In this document: positions 1-13,895 of the stretch, piece after piece
How positions within the stretch are numbered: the stretch's first letter is position 1
Layout: each line of letters opens with the position of its first letter
Assembly: GCA_964016885.1 (NCBI GenBank)
Contig: OZ024740.1
Span: 382,044,001 to 382,108,000 of the forward strand
Length of the DNA stretch: 64,000 nt
From: Eledone cirrhosa
Taxonomy: Eukaryota
Reading direction: 5' to 3'
Notes under the pieces: model-generated
Seen by the model: only the letters and a program-made list of their open reading frames with translations
Told to the model about the DNA's origin: nothing
The model's database searches: none
Program-made: the position numbers and the translations under genes

Positions 1-1886
1 AAACGCTATGGTGGAGCAAGGCAAATGGCGAGATTGAGTTGAAGAAATACGAGCAGTGTGTGTGTACACTTACACACATACACGCACACACACACATACA
101 CACACACACATATATATATAAACTGAAGTTGGGCGTTGTTTGTTTGCTCCGTTCATCCGATTTTCATGAAACTTGACACATATATAAAACTCGACCCGTA
201 GATTGCAAAAGGCTCCTTGAAATTTTTGAAAAATCGATAATCGGGCCCCCAGAAGCCAAACAACGATATTTTCAAAAATCGTCCGATTTCGATGAAACTC
301 AATGCAAGTGTATATTTGGATCCGGGGATGAACGTGGGTTACAATACATTTTCGAAAGATCGATAATCGGACCCCAGAGGCAAAAATCGAAATTTGAAAT
401 TTGATATTACCACAATAATAGATCCATTAGGAGTTACTCCAAAGCTGCAAAAAATTCAGAAAGTTTTTTAAACTCATAAATCATGTGTTAAATGAGACCT
501 TTAAGAGTTAAGGCAGATAATTATTTATAGTTTAATTAACAATGGCGCAATATTGTGGAAATATGTAAATCTACGCCTTTCTTTATGTGAAAATGGAAGG
601 CTTTACAAACATATATTCAGGGTCCTTTGAGTAGAATTCTTAATTCTTAAATAATTGTAGAGTCAACAAAATATATGACAGAATGTTTGTCATATTTTTT
701 TCAAAAATCTTTCGATTTCAATGAAATTTAATATGTATGTATTCAAACACAAGCACTTTTAGCCTACACATGGCGCAATCAAAATCAATTTCATATGACC
801 ATATAAGCACGCACACACTCTGACTCACGCGCGTTATTGATTGGACGCCCTGTCTATACCACGAGCAGTATGTTTTCTCAACGATAGATACACAAACAGG
901 TATGCACGCACGTGCGAACCGCCTTTTTCTATTTGTGTGTATCCGCTTTTTGTTAACAACAATAAATCCGGCCGTCTCACTAAACGGACCTTTACAGAAT
1001 TTGCCCACTTACTTATCGGTGAGTTAGTGCTTATTTATTTAGTCTACTTGCATGCCATTTCAGTTAAATTTAATTCATTTTTCGCCTTCCTTAGATTTAA
1101 AAATCCCTATTGGGACTAGGGGATTGTCGACATCTTAGCGTTAAACTTTTCATATTCCCCCTTATTCAAGTGCAAATACAGTATTATCCCTATCTGAAAG
1201 GAAACCAAATTTAATGGTGTCTTTTGTGATGCCAAAAGCTAAAAGCGGTGAGTAAATTTTCAAACAGTCTTAAATAATCATGCTTTTTGAAAAACATTTA
1301 CTAAATTTATAATTTGACCAAGTTGTATTGGACACATACAAAGTTGTAAACAATTTCTTAATTCATAACACTACTGTCACAGCCTTTTGCACAGGAAGTG
1401 AGTAAGTTTTCGAGTTTTTAAACGTAAGTTCACCAGGGTTTGTGTCTTTACCATTATTAGCCCACCTCTAATGGAATTTTTTGTTCTGTTTACGACTAAA
1501 TGTTATGAGAGTATTTGCAAATTGCTATTGTTCTTTAAAATTTTAATTAGTTGTCATAGACCATCTGTATGCAGTGCAATCGATTGCGCACACGTACACA
1601 CCTGCATGTAGATAAACACTGACAGCTAATAAAAAAAATCGATAATTTGCTTATTAAGACATCGGTCAAAAGGAGAGATTGAATGTACTTTAGAAAGTTT
1701 TTTGAATATATTGTTCTTTTTGGCTACTATTCACTTTGGTTATTTTTTGTAACTAAGAAACGCTTCCTTTTAGGTGGATACTAACGAGAAAGATCCCAGG
1801 GTTTTGGACAAGTTTGTTTCAGGCAATGTATAAACGCCAATTTTGTCACACCGTGGTCATGAATTAGTATTCTTTTCCAATAGATA

Positions 1887-2130
1887 CTGTAGTTTCCCTC
1901 TATAAGGCTCACCGGGATATAAGGCGTATCATTTAAAATCAGGTCCGCACAACGGCGTGTATGGCCAACCAGGAAAATCCTATCTTCTTTACTTCTATTA
2001 CTTCTGTTAGAGCCGTGATTGATTACTATTTTATTATTTATACATAAGGCTCACCGGAGTATAAAGCGCAGAGCTGTTTTTTGATGAAATTTAGGTATTT
2101 TAAGTGCACTATATAGGCCGCAAAATTCGG
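1887..2130. mobile_element. Small Tc1/mariner-pogo-type MITE nested in the Helitron
   Basis: Imperfect TIRs (CTGTAGTTTCCCTCTATAAGGCTCAC ... GTGCACTATATAGGCCGCAAAATTCGG), flanking TA dinucleotides, and internal TATAAGGC(T/G)CACC repeats. Confidence 0.55.
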
Positions 2131-2254
2131 TAAGTTATTATAATCATATTTCCAAACCTTCCCATTCACCAGTAACCATGCTAGCGAATCTGGTGTCACT
2201 TCTCTCTGTACTTAAGCACCCCTCTCCAACTTAACAGCTTCGTTACACGTCGTT

Positions 2255-3285
2255 ATGCCCACACGCAAACGTTCAATACTTACCTCCAAAAAAGATACAG
2301 CTACTGCTTTGAGACGACGAATTAGGCATTCTCGGATATGCGTTCATTCACAATTGGTTAATCCTTTATGCAACATTCTCCCTTAATGTTAGCAAGCACT
2401 GCGTTTATCCTAACTGTCACCACTTTTAAGCAACTACAACATTATAATCGTAGTTATATTAAATTTATTGTCTTACCTTGATTCCCTTTTGTTCATATTA
2501 CATTTTTCTCATTTACTATTGGCACAGTGGCTTTGGCTTAGCTAACCAGTAGCATTAATTAACTTTCTCTAGGAAACACCTGTGAGCGCGAATCTCGACT
2601 CGCTGTTAGACGTCTTTCCCGGCTGGTTGAGTCACCAACATCCCGTACGACAAGGCATGCTGATGTTTGCCTTCGTCGACAACAAGCGCTTGCGGAGGAG
2701 TCACCAAGATCACATACGACGAGGCTTGCTGGCGTTCGCCTTAGTCACCAACAAGCACTTGCAAAGGAGTCATCAACATCCCGTCAGACTAGGCTTGCTG
2801 GGCTTCACCTTCGTCGTCAACAAGCGCTTGCAGAGGAGTCCACGGCAGACAGAGACAGCAGGCTTGCTGATAAGCGTTCCCGGCATACATTAGCTACTGC
2901 TGCTAAGAGCTCAGACTGGGTAAAAGCAGCCTTCAGATATAGCCCCTCTGAGGATTACGGACTTCTGCCTACAGTGTCCATTGGCAAAATGGATAATGTA
3001 TATACATCCTGCAAGGCAATGAAGTGGCCAGACGAGGCGCCTTCTATGTGCTTTGCTTGAGGTAAGGTGCAACTAAAGGCATTGGCTGACCAGCCAGACG
3101 TTCTTCTGAATCTACTTACAGGTGACGACACTACGGCTACAACGTTCCGCCGTAACATGTGTAAATACAACTCCTGTTTCATGATGACCTCCTTTGGTGT
3201 AGACAATAACAGCACCAACAACAACGTGAACCCCAACAACAACGTTGCAGCTGTGATGCGCGGGAATAATTTTCACACATTTTAA
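2255..3285 (+). pseudogene. Helitron Rep/helicase N-terminal remnant, probably intron-containing
   Basis: ATG at 2255 gives MPTRKRSILTSKK. Acceptor ttctctag at 2572 is followed by 23-aa (69-bp) repeats ESPTSRTTRHAD.../ESPRSHTTRLAG.../ESSTSRQTRLAG... and then AAFRY...SIGKMDNV..SCKAMKWPDEAPSMCFA*GKVQL...FRRNMCKYNSCFMMTSFG, typical of animal Helitron RepHel N-termini. In-frame stop at about 3058; the Rep and helicase cores are missing. Confidence 0.8.
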
Positions 3286-3421
3286 CAACAGGGCAAAGGT
3301 CGACTTACACCCGGGCAACGCCGGGTACTTCTGCTAGTATATATACATGAATATTTGCGTTGTGTGGATGAACGTATAGTTTAGAAAAAAATGGAATTAG
3401 AAGCAAAGAATGATTGTGCAA

Positions 3422-3426
<5 letters not shown>

Positions 3427-3478
<52 letters not shown>

Positions 3479-3552
3479 TGTGTGTGTGTCTGTGTGTGTG
3501 TCTGTGTCTGTGTATGTGTGTGTCTGTGTGTGTGTCTGTGTGTGCGTGCGTA
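3427..3552. repeat. (TG)n microsatellite
   Basis: Directly visible. Confidence 0.95.
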
Positions 3553-4224
3553 TGTAACTTTGTATGCTGTGGGAAAAACAGATGGAGAAGAGACTCTACT
3601 TAAGTACGTGTCTGAATGTTGGGATAAACCGAAACATCAAACTAACTTTCAACTGAAAACAACACTTCATATCTAACGTTTCTTTTATTTCTTTTTATCT
3701 TTACTACTGTATAAGCATAGTTTCAATATTAGAAGCCTCATTTTCATTCTCACAACTCCACGTTTTGCTTTATCTCTATATCTATCTATCTCTGCCATCT
3801 TCATCAAACCCCATGCAACTTCTGGTCATCTGATCTCTACATCGAAATTCTTTCCAAGTCAAACACAGTCGAATCGCTCAACGTGGGTGAATTCGCTTCA
3901 AAAATAGCAGCTGTGAATTTAGTTTCATTCTGTTTTGCTGTTGATGGTGATGTTTTTTTTTTGTTTTTGTTGTTTTGCAGTTGTTGCGATTTTCTTCTTT
4001 GTTTGGTTTTGTCTCTTTGCTTACATTGGCGAACATCTGGAATAACCCAGTTTTATTTTATCTAACTTCATATTCTTTTTTTTTCTTCCTCTTACTGCTA
4101 ACTAGAATGTTTTACATTTAGACAACGAATAACAAATACCAGACTCTAAAGAATCAATCATACAATTTAATAGTCGAAATAATCTTTTTTCAACTCAGCT
4201 CTCTTTCGTTTGCACTCTATTTCC

Positions 4225-5260
<1,036 letters not shown>

Positions 5261-8200
5261 TTGTATCGTGTGTGTGTGTGTATGTATATATACTCACATA
5301 TATACATTCTTACACACACGCATGCATGTGGTTGTGTGGCTCTCCTTACGAACAAATTGTCTTTTGGAATACTGCCAAAGTAAATATGGATTCCACTAAC
5401 TATTTCCTTTAATCAAAAAGCGGATATTTGCATGTAAGCGCTCATTTACGTATGTTAGTGCTTTCCTCAACTAGAAAGAAATCTCCAGCTTCAAAGAGCT
5501 GTCAAGAATTCTTTTTTTTTCTGAATAAAGACCTTCTTGAGATATATATGTTTTATAAGACGCTTAATCATTGTTTTTATCTTTTTTATTCAGTGAATTA
5601 CTGTTATTTCCTGGGCCAAGAAACTGAAGCAAATAAACTGATTTGCTTAGCGTATGATAATTAGTAAAAAGAAAGTTTAAAATTATGAATGAAGTTTTCG
5701 CTATACGATAATGATTCAACTTCCAAGGAGCGTCAGGCATGAACACAATGGAATGTTACAAATATTTTAATTTTGGATTTTTCGAACTGAATGTAGTGTA
5801 AATCCTTTTGAAGATTTACTATCAATTCCTGTTAGCGACCTTACAATAAGAATAAAAAAAAAACGGCTTTGCTAGTTGTGAATAAATACACAACCCCCAG
5901 ATATATGCGGTTACATATGTACACAACTCCCTATATATTCGTGTGCGAGTATGTGCGTATGTGAGTGGTATGGATGAGGGCGCGCGTGTGAGTTTGTGAG
6001 TGGCTGCAAGCCTGTCCGAGTGGTTAAGAAATCATTAGCTTCTAGGTTATTTTCTCCTGCGTGGTTTCCTGTACAAGTTAAATTTATCGAATCCTTGAGA
6101 AAAATTTGATGAACTGAAATTATATGGATGGAGTGTACATGTAATTCGGAGGCAATTCTTGCCAAATTGTGTAAGACTGATTCCACTTGACAAGGAAGTT
6201 AAATGTGGGCGGATTTCTAGAATAATTGGACAGTTTTTATCAGTCAATGAGTGCTCTATCATATGTGTGTATATATGTGTTTGTGTGTGTGTATGTGTGT
6301 GTGTCCGTATGCCTGTCTGTCTGTGTTTTTGTATATGTGTATGTGTTTATTATATATGTATATTTGTAAGTATGAATATGTATCCACGTGCGTGGCTTTG
6401 CATATATATTGGAACTAGGTATCAATCATGTCTATAGATGTATGCCGTCGAAGTCCAGAATAAAACTATCAACAGAAAACTACAAGTATAAATGGAATTT
6501 TAGATAGACAGCTAAATCCATTCGTTAAAGTGGACAGAATGATAGCTAGTACTTGCCTCGTGTCACCAGAAAACAAGGCAATATATTCAGATCGATCGAA
6601 ATATGAATCTTTGAAAGTATTCTGTTCCAATATTCAGATGAGCAGGTTGGGAAACAAAGTACAAAATAATGTTAATAATGGAAATGGCGTGGTTAATGTC
6701 ACACCATTTCCAATTTATAAGATGCATGCACTATCTCTGTATGCTATATAATGTCTCGTACGAGAAGTGCATATCCACACGTCTTCTACTGATGGATCTG
6801 ATACATAATCAAATAGCTATAAAACAACTCATTCCAATAATATGTATATAAGAACTGCTCAAACTTATTTTGTCTAAATTTCGAGCCCCTCTTTGATATT
6901 CTCCAAAATGGAGGTCATGCATTTATATACCAATCCTATAAGATACAATTTTATGATTTTTTTTTCTCAATTCCAGATAGTAGTATATCTTCCACATGTA
7001 TTGCTGTTGGTGTAAGCTACTATGAAGAAAAATAATACTTCACTCCAGAAACACAATTGTTTGATGTTTGTGCAATATTATCTCTGTAAGACACATTTAT
7101 TTAAACTTTAACACCTTATCTTTACATATTGGTTTTCAAGAAAATTCAGGTTCACCTTTTTTTATATGCAAAACAATATTTTCAATATTAGCAGGTGCAA
7201 CAAAATAACGTTCTAACCTTTGGATACAGGCATCGATCTGAATATCAATTATCAAACGTTATAAAGAGGTAGATATGTGAATAAATATATAATTGAATAC
7301 ATAAGAAAATAATATTACAGTGAATAAACACGATAAGCAATAGCATAATTATTAATGTGATAATCATAAATGGTCATAATCATGAGAATAATTTCAATAG
7401 TAACATCTTCGCTCTAACATTACATTGTAACGAAATTATTTTTAGCACGGAATTTATATTGTCTGTTATAATTGACAGCTAATACGAAAATACCATCTTC
7501 GTTTCCTTCGACATAAATTTTAACGTCCCATCAATCTATGACAATTCACCCGATATTTTCTGCACTTCATACATGACATTTATGTAGTTAACAATTACAC
7601 TATTTAATCCTATGAATATTACACAATCGTTGTCCTACATAACATGTCGGCTCTACAATGTCAGTAATTTCCGTGGATTACAATTTCGCATTTTTTCCCC
7701 GACATTCAGGTGTTGTTTTTAAGTCGAAACGGTTAAAAACTACTTCATTAAATTCTTTCTTTATATTTCGCTATTAAATAAAGCTCTTGTTATTCCGATA
7801 GCTTTAACTACGAGAAATAGCTGAGTCAAAACTTATAAGAATTCTTTCTTGGAATAGTAGTCACATATCTAACGAAACATACCTGAAATGCCTAAAAAGG
7901 CAATTTAGAAAATAAGAAATTGGTTAATATATTTTTAATATATTTGGTCGAATGCATGTGATCATTGGTAAGGATCTAAATATAAAACAAGAGTTAACTG
8001 TGGGTTTCGGGTTCAATTAACTTACGATACTCCCATAGGTCGGACACAATTGAGAATAAAGACACAGTTGGTTTTGTCTTTTTTTGTTAAGCCACTATGC
8101 TTTTGTTAAGCTACTATAAAGACACAACGTTAGTGTTATGAAGAATTATCTCATACATTTAATTATCAAAAAGGACAATCAAATTAAGAGATATCTTATG

Positions 8201-9633
8201 TATTACAAGACATAAGCTATCACATTTTCAAAAAAACAAATAAGTATTTTGCCTCTTAGTAGCTCACTACATTTTAAAAATAGTTCACACTCATGACTTA
8301 CGGAAGAAATCTATTCACATTGACCAATAAATTTTCCTTGTTGAAGAACGTAACCCTTGATAGATCTGCTACTCCAATATGCGATTCAAATTAGTAGACA
8401 TTCCTTGCTATATTCACTCCAGAGCTGAAGTTCTTCAATATTTCTTGTCGCTTGCAATCAATTTTCTTCACTTTAGTTTTCTTATTTATAGAATGTTAGG
8501 AACAACGCACAAACTAATTTATTTTTGTTTCGTAGTTTTTTTAATTTTATTTGTACACGGAACGTTTTTTTTCCGAGAACCTTTTTTTCTATCATTCAGA
8601 TTGGAAATTAATGAAATAAATATTATAGAGCAGCATGTGATATGTGTAAGAAAATTATTTATTGTCGAATTCAAGAAACTTTTTAACATAAACTTTGTTG
8701 TTTTAAATTGAGGAAACAAATTTTATCTGATATCCTAACCCTACACTCCAACCTAATCCAAGGCAGATATGCTTGTTAATGGAAGTGAGATATAAAGTTG
8801 TCAAATGTACCACGTATAGAAAAATTCGTATTATGCAAATACAACGAAAATATTTGATTCAATAATATAGTGACCACCGTCAAATAAAGGATAAGATCTA
8901 ATACCAATATTATATGCATCCATGCCAATTTATTTTACGTTTGCCGAAATGCTATCAAGGATATATTTCCAACCTTTTTGAAGTATATATATGATGCATG
9001 GTTAGTATATGCCGAATGTTGCTAATGTTCTGAAGCAGAAAATTAAAAAAATATCACCTTTTCATCTAAAAAAAATGCGCCAACTGTAGAATATTGATAA
9101 ATTAAAGTAGTAAGCTTTATTACAGAGCAGGCTTTATTATAATTTCAAGCTGCTATTGACATTATATGACACTTGTCTGGATAAGAAACATATTTTCAGT
9201 TTTTCTTTGTATTTCTAAATGTTATGTTGCGTGAAATAATGCATTTGTCCGGAATCGATGTCCATTCCAAATGCTTTGTGTTAGAAATACGTGTTATTTT
9301 AAATGAGCACATTTATCATTCTTCATCATGATAGTTATTCTGCCAATATCGTTTCAAGAGAACAATTTCTTTCTGCATGTATTTATAAACTTAAACAAAG
9401 AATCTCTTCTGTATTTAGTTTTTGTTCAAAGTTATATATTGTATAATGATCACATGAATTCGTGTAACAAATAAAAATATATATATGTTAAACATATTTC
9501 GTCATTCCTTCTCTACAACATACACAAATGACTGCATTATAATTTTGAATTATCCAATGCGGTATCTTATACTTAGAAACTATATCTGACAAAGGTTTCT
9601 GCATTTACTTGAGAACATGTTTGTTGTGTTTAG

Positions 9634-9907
9634 ATAACATATCTGTTGGATGAGCGTCGAAAATACCATTATATGTTTCGTCCATTGGTATTAGTTTCCA
9701 AGGCCAGCCCAATACAGAATGCAACCAATGTAAAGCACGATGGTATCAACCACAAGCTGGGCATGATAACAGGAAGTTTGCTACAGCTTGCCATGCATGT
9801 AACACCCAGAGCTGAATGTCATACAATTAATTCATTATATGAGAAACAAGTCTTGGAAAGATCAACTGTGGGTGAACTTCCAAAACCAAAGTCTGGTGGA
9901 GAACAAG
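9634..9907 (+). CDS. Candidate internal coding exon of an unidentified host gene
   Basis: Acceptor tgtgtttag| and donor CAAG|gtttgt enclose 91 open codons (ITYLLDERRKYHYMFRPLVLVSKASPIQNATNVKHDG...LPKPKSGGEQ) in non-repetitive sequence. No family recognised. Confidence 0.4.
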
Positions 9908-11414
9908 GTTTGTGAGATTGATGAAATTTGGACAGCGATAGTGGAACGGAATATGTTTCCAACACACGTGCATGTTGAAGTACATTAATGGTGGTAATGA
10001 TTTCATCGTAGCTGGAATTTCCAAAATCTCTGATGTAATTCTTATATTGAGTATTGGTTTATATTATATTTTTGTTGGTTCTAAGAATTTTTTATTTCTG
10101 GCCCAATTACTATATTTCATAGGTTTGCGAGAGTTTAATTATAAAACATAGGTAGTAGAATGGTATATCAAAAAACAAACAAACAATATGTAATTGAGAA
10201 AGGCTTAATATTAGTATTGTTCAAATATGAGTGTAAGCTTACTGTTCTAGAATATTCTTTATGTCTCTAGTGAATATCCCTTATAATAATAGAAATTAAT
10301 ATCAAGAAAGTACCCATATTATGAAGTGAAAAATAGATGAGGAGAAACATTGTTTCGTGATTCTGATGAGCGTGAATAGGATTGATGTTGCTTGTTGAAT
10401 ATCATCTAAAATAAAACAATGACTCCATCGAAAAGGGGGTGATAGGTTATAGACGAATTAGCGTGTTACAAGTTTAACATACTGGATGAGATAAAAATCA
10501 ACGAAAAACAGTCATGGTATTTACACTGGAAAATAGATTTAGCCACGAAATATATGTGCAGTATTATTTCGAAGAATTGTGTAATAGGCCAAGCATTCAG
10601 CGTGATTTTATAAGAGTTTTCTAACATAGTTAATCATTTGTTTTAAAGGAAGAAATCTGACATTTTTTGTCCGAGATAATCAGTACTTATAAAAGAGAGG
10701 GATACAATATGCCCACAGCACCGTTATTATTATCGGTATAGAAATGTTGTGTAAGAGAACAATAAGATTGTTGTTCTCGGTGTCAGAAGGATATTATTTC
10801 GGAGAGATGATACATTTGAAATGCTGAATTATTTCAAATAGAAGCCTGAAGAATGCGAAGTTGACGCCAATCGGTAAACTAATTTGGAATAGAGTTTCAA
10901 AGAACATATGTCCATATGACGACACTCGCAGTTAAATAAAGATGTTAAATAAAGATTAATAGAAAATCTTTGAGCAACCCAAAATTGCAATGGATATGTC
11001 ATTATACACAAGTGTTCTTATTACATTTAAAACGGAAATGAAAACTAAATATTTCGATTCAAAGGGACACACAGAAGGTTACAATGTATACTTTAATAGC
11101 ATTAGATATAAATCAGACATTAATTAGCTACCAGTTGCATAACGGTCGATAATACACAGAACTATATATATATATATAATATATATATTTATATATATAT
11201 ATATAAGTATGTATACGTACATACACATATGTATACAGACGTACAGTAGTATGTATATATATAGATACATGCACACATATATATATATATATGTACGTAT
11301 GGATTTACCGAACATTTATTATAATGCTCAGTGTGTTTGTAAATAAACATCCCGAATTAAACCGTACAGTGTTTAGCAACCATCGTTGCCCTTTTGTTCA
11401 ACACTGACAAAGGA

Positions 11415-11457
11415 ACGATGTACTAGTTTCTAGCTTATTAGCTATCGTCAGTACGTA
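11415..11457 (-). ncRNA. Minimal type I hammerhead ribozyme (family A, copy 1)
   Basis: Minus strand reads acgta CTGACGA tagct-aata-agcta GAAA ctag TA catcgt. Stem III is palindromic (ACTAGT), the cleavage triplet is GUA, and stem I is partly degenerate. Confidence 0.7.
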
Positions 11458-11842
11458 TACCTTCCCGCCAGATGATCGAACGTCCGAAAGTATATACTTT
11501 CCTTATGCATATTAACGGTTGAGCAGCCTAATTTGCATATCGAGTGAGTTAATCGGCCGGGCGCACCGAAAACGATAAACAGAAAAAATGAAACGAAATT
11601 TCATTTCTCACTCTTAGTACGGCTGTTACTTAAATATAAGTATGTATACGTACATACATATATGTATACAGACGTACAGTAGTATGTATATATATTCATA
11701 CATGCACACATATATATATATGTACGTATGGATTCACCGAAAATTTATTATAATGCTCGGTGCGTTTGTAAACAAACATCCAAAATTAAGCCGTACAGTG
11801 TTAGCAACCATCTTTGCCCTTTTGTTCAACACTGACAAAGGA

Positions 11843-11885
11843 ACGATGTACTAGTTTCAAGCTTATTAGCTATCGTCAGCACCGT
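11843..11885 (-). ncRNA. Minimal type I hammerhead ribozyme (family A, copy 2)
   Basis: Minus strand reads acggtg CTGACGA tagct-aata-agctt GAAA ctag TA catcgt. Stem I (acggtg/catcgt) pairs. It lies 428 bp from copy 1. Confidence 0.8.
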
Positions 11886-11962
11886 ATACCTTCATGCTCA
11901 ACCGTTAATATGCATAAGAAAAGTATATACTTTCAGACGTTCAATCATCTGGCAGGAAGGTA

Positions 11963-12007
11963 TACAGTGCTGACGATAGCTAATAAGCTTGAAACTAGTA
12001 CATCGTA
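11963..12007 (+). ncRNA. Minimal type I hammerhead ribozyme (family A, inverted copy)
   Basis: tacagtg CTGACGA tagct-aata-agctt GAAA ctag TA catcgta. Confidence 0.75.
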
Positions 12008-12267
12008 CCTTTGTCAGTGTTGAACAAAAGGGCAACGATGGTTGCTAAACTCTGTACGGCTTAATTCGGGATATTTGTTTACAAACACACCGAGCATTAT
12101 AATAAATGTTCGGTGAATCCATACGTACATATATATATGTGTGCATGTATGTATATATATACATACTACTGTACGTCTGTATACATATATGTATGTACGT
12201 ATACATACTTATATTTAAGTAACAGCCGTACTAAGAGTGAGAAATGAAATTGCGTTTCATTTTTTCT

Positions 12268-12301
<34 letters not shown>

Positions 12302-12304
<3 letters not shown>

Positions 12305-13115
12305 TGGAAGCTTAGTAAAATCATCGGAGCTTTGACTGTGGCCAAGCTAACGCCCTACTATTAGGAATAGCAGCAATGCCCTCAATAATACTTAGAGTAA
12401 TAACATACGTTTAGACAGCTTGACAAATTGAAAATTGTGGTAGGTAAAGCTACCACACAATACCAAAAACAACGAAAAACTAATGAGGTTAGACAACTGA
12501 CCTGGACATACCGAATTATATTTTGAAATACGTTCAATAGGTTTTTATGAAATCGTATTCATCCATCCAACTTACGTAATATGTAATCTTGTGGTATTCC
12601 ATGACCGAACAGTGGATTCTCGTCATCAACAGGAGTTTCGGTCTATGTCTCAAGCCGGTGTGGAATGCAACGCCGAACTGCTACCGTTGGCAGCCCTCAG
12701 TGTTTCACTGTCACGTGTTATTGCCAACAAGGGAAGTAACCCCCGGTTTGTGGCAGGCAAATTCAAAGTGTGAATGGAAATCAATTTTGTTCCACATTCC
12801 GAATGAAAAGCTCTCAACTAGACGTTATTAAACAAACATAAATAATCAACCAATCAATGGAATTGTCTAATTAAATTAATTATTTAATTATTATGTCAAG
12901 GAGATAATGATACAAGTGGAAGCATTGTAAAATCGAAGCTTTGGCTGTGGCCAAGTTAACGATCTACAATTAAGAATGAGGAGCAAAGCACTCAATAAGG
13001 TTGCAGGCCTAAGAGTAATAAAATACGTTCAGACAGCTTGACAAATTGAAAATTGCGGTAGGTAAACCTAGCCACACAATACCAAAATCAACGAAAAGAC
13101 TAATCAGGTTAGACA

Positions 13116-13116
<1 letters not shown>
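12302..13116. mobile_element. Partial-tandem non-coding element, family B (612-bp period)
   Basis: Diverged direct repeats of about 200 bp (12302-12496 and 12914-13116) around a GC-richer core, flanked by (TA)n. A further inverted fragment lies at 14060-14125. No canonical HHR found. Confidence 0.7.
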
Positions 13117-13178
<62 letters not shown>

Positions 13179-13183
13179 GATAA

Positions 13184-13861
13184 GTAAGGGCCACTAGGAG
13201 AGGTAAATATTTATATTATATTTTTTAATGTATTTTGAAAAATTGATTGAATTTTACTTGTTCTGCTTATCTTAATATTAAAGTTCTGGTGTATCAAATT
13301 AACACCATTGAACAACCTTGAATCATAGACAACCTATTTATTTCTAGGGGTACCTAGTAACCCTGGACATATTAACTTCTACCTTTTTCTCCGTCCGCTG
13401 AGAACAATCCTGTTGCTCTACTTGGCTGCTATTTTTTTAGTAGTAATTGTAGACAGCAAGTCTTTGATTTCCCCGCTTTTACTTCGGTCCAGTTTACATA
13501 TGGGTCAATTTTACGACCTTTCAGACCTTTATTAGCTGGCAGGAGGTTGTATATTTTGTCGTTCCTGGGACGTTTAGCCCTAGGAAGGGAAAATGCTTCT
13601 CTGATGAGCCTTGGTTTTCCATCATAAATCCATCGGATTTATGAGGTTTTACAAAGCGAAACTGATCAGTAAGGGCCACTAGGAGAAGTAAATATTTATA
13701 TTATATTTTTTAATGTATTTTGAAAAATTGATTGAATTTTACTTGTTCTGCTTATCTTAATATTAAAGTTCTGGTGTATCAAATTAACACCATTGAACAA
13801 CCTTGAATCATAGACAACCTATGTATTTCTAGGGGTACCTAGTATCCCTGGACATATTAAC

Positions 13862-13866
<5 letters not shown>
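13184..13866 (+). mobile_element. Retrozyme-like HHR element, family C (485-bp monomer plus 198-bp terminal redundancy)
   Basis: Near-identical direct repeats at 13184-13381 and 13669-13866 both start at GTAAGGGCCAC, the HHR cleavage triplet. Flanked by (TA)n. Confidence 0.85.
13595..13676 (+). ncRNA. Type I hammerhead ribozyme with extended stem II (family C)
   Basis: CTGATGAG (13601), long stem II including tcataaatc/gatttatga, then CGAAA, palindromic CTGATCAG and TA|agggc. Stem I is weak (G-U pairs). Confidence 0.7.

Positions 13867-13893
<27 letters not shown>

Positions 13894-13895
<2 letters not shown>

Larger units (their letters stand above)
111..3337 (+). mobile_element. Degenerate, internally deleted Helitron
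   Basis: Canonical 3' end: GC-rich hairpin ACCCGG-gcaacg-CCGGGT (3309-3326), then CTAG (3334-3337) followed by T. Contains a RepHel N-terminal remnant. The 5' end is approximate and lies in the (CA)n/(TA)n run before AACTGAAGTTGG. Confidence 0.8.
11204..12272. mobile_element. Non-autonomous HHR element, family A (about 430-bp unit; 1.6 tandem copies plus an inverted copy)
   Basis: Unit starts repeat at 11204 and 11637. 11894-12272 is an inverted copy. Flanked by (TA)n on both sides and holds three HHR motifs. Confidence 0.85.

Noticed and set aside
2629-2840. CRISPR-like spaced repeats
   Set aside because: These are contiguous 69-bp coding repeats of the Helitron ORF, with no spacers or cas genes.
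10363-10400. Isolated CTGATGA matches (also at 16164 and 23596)
   Set aside because: No properly placed stem II, GAAA or stem I, so they are not hammerheads.
11465-11503. Opposite-strand HHR-like string CAGATGA...GAAAGTATATACTTT next to the family A ribozyme (would imply ambisense ribozymes)
   Set aside because: The core is CAGAUGA in both copies, and no stem I or convincing stem II can be formed.
11531-11538. Octamer ATTTGCAT in families A, E (14754) and G (33473) as a shared promoter
   Set aside because: The motif also occurs in unrelated places (for example about 8833 and 38170) and is expected by chance in AT-rich DNA. It is not conserved in the second G copy.
12541-12773. Terminal host exon in phase with the 9634-9907 exon
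   Set aside because: The acceptor is weak and the region lies inside repeat family B.
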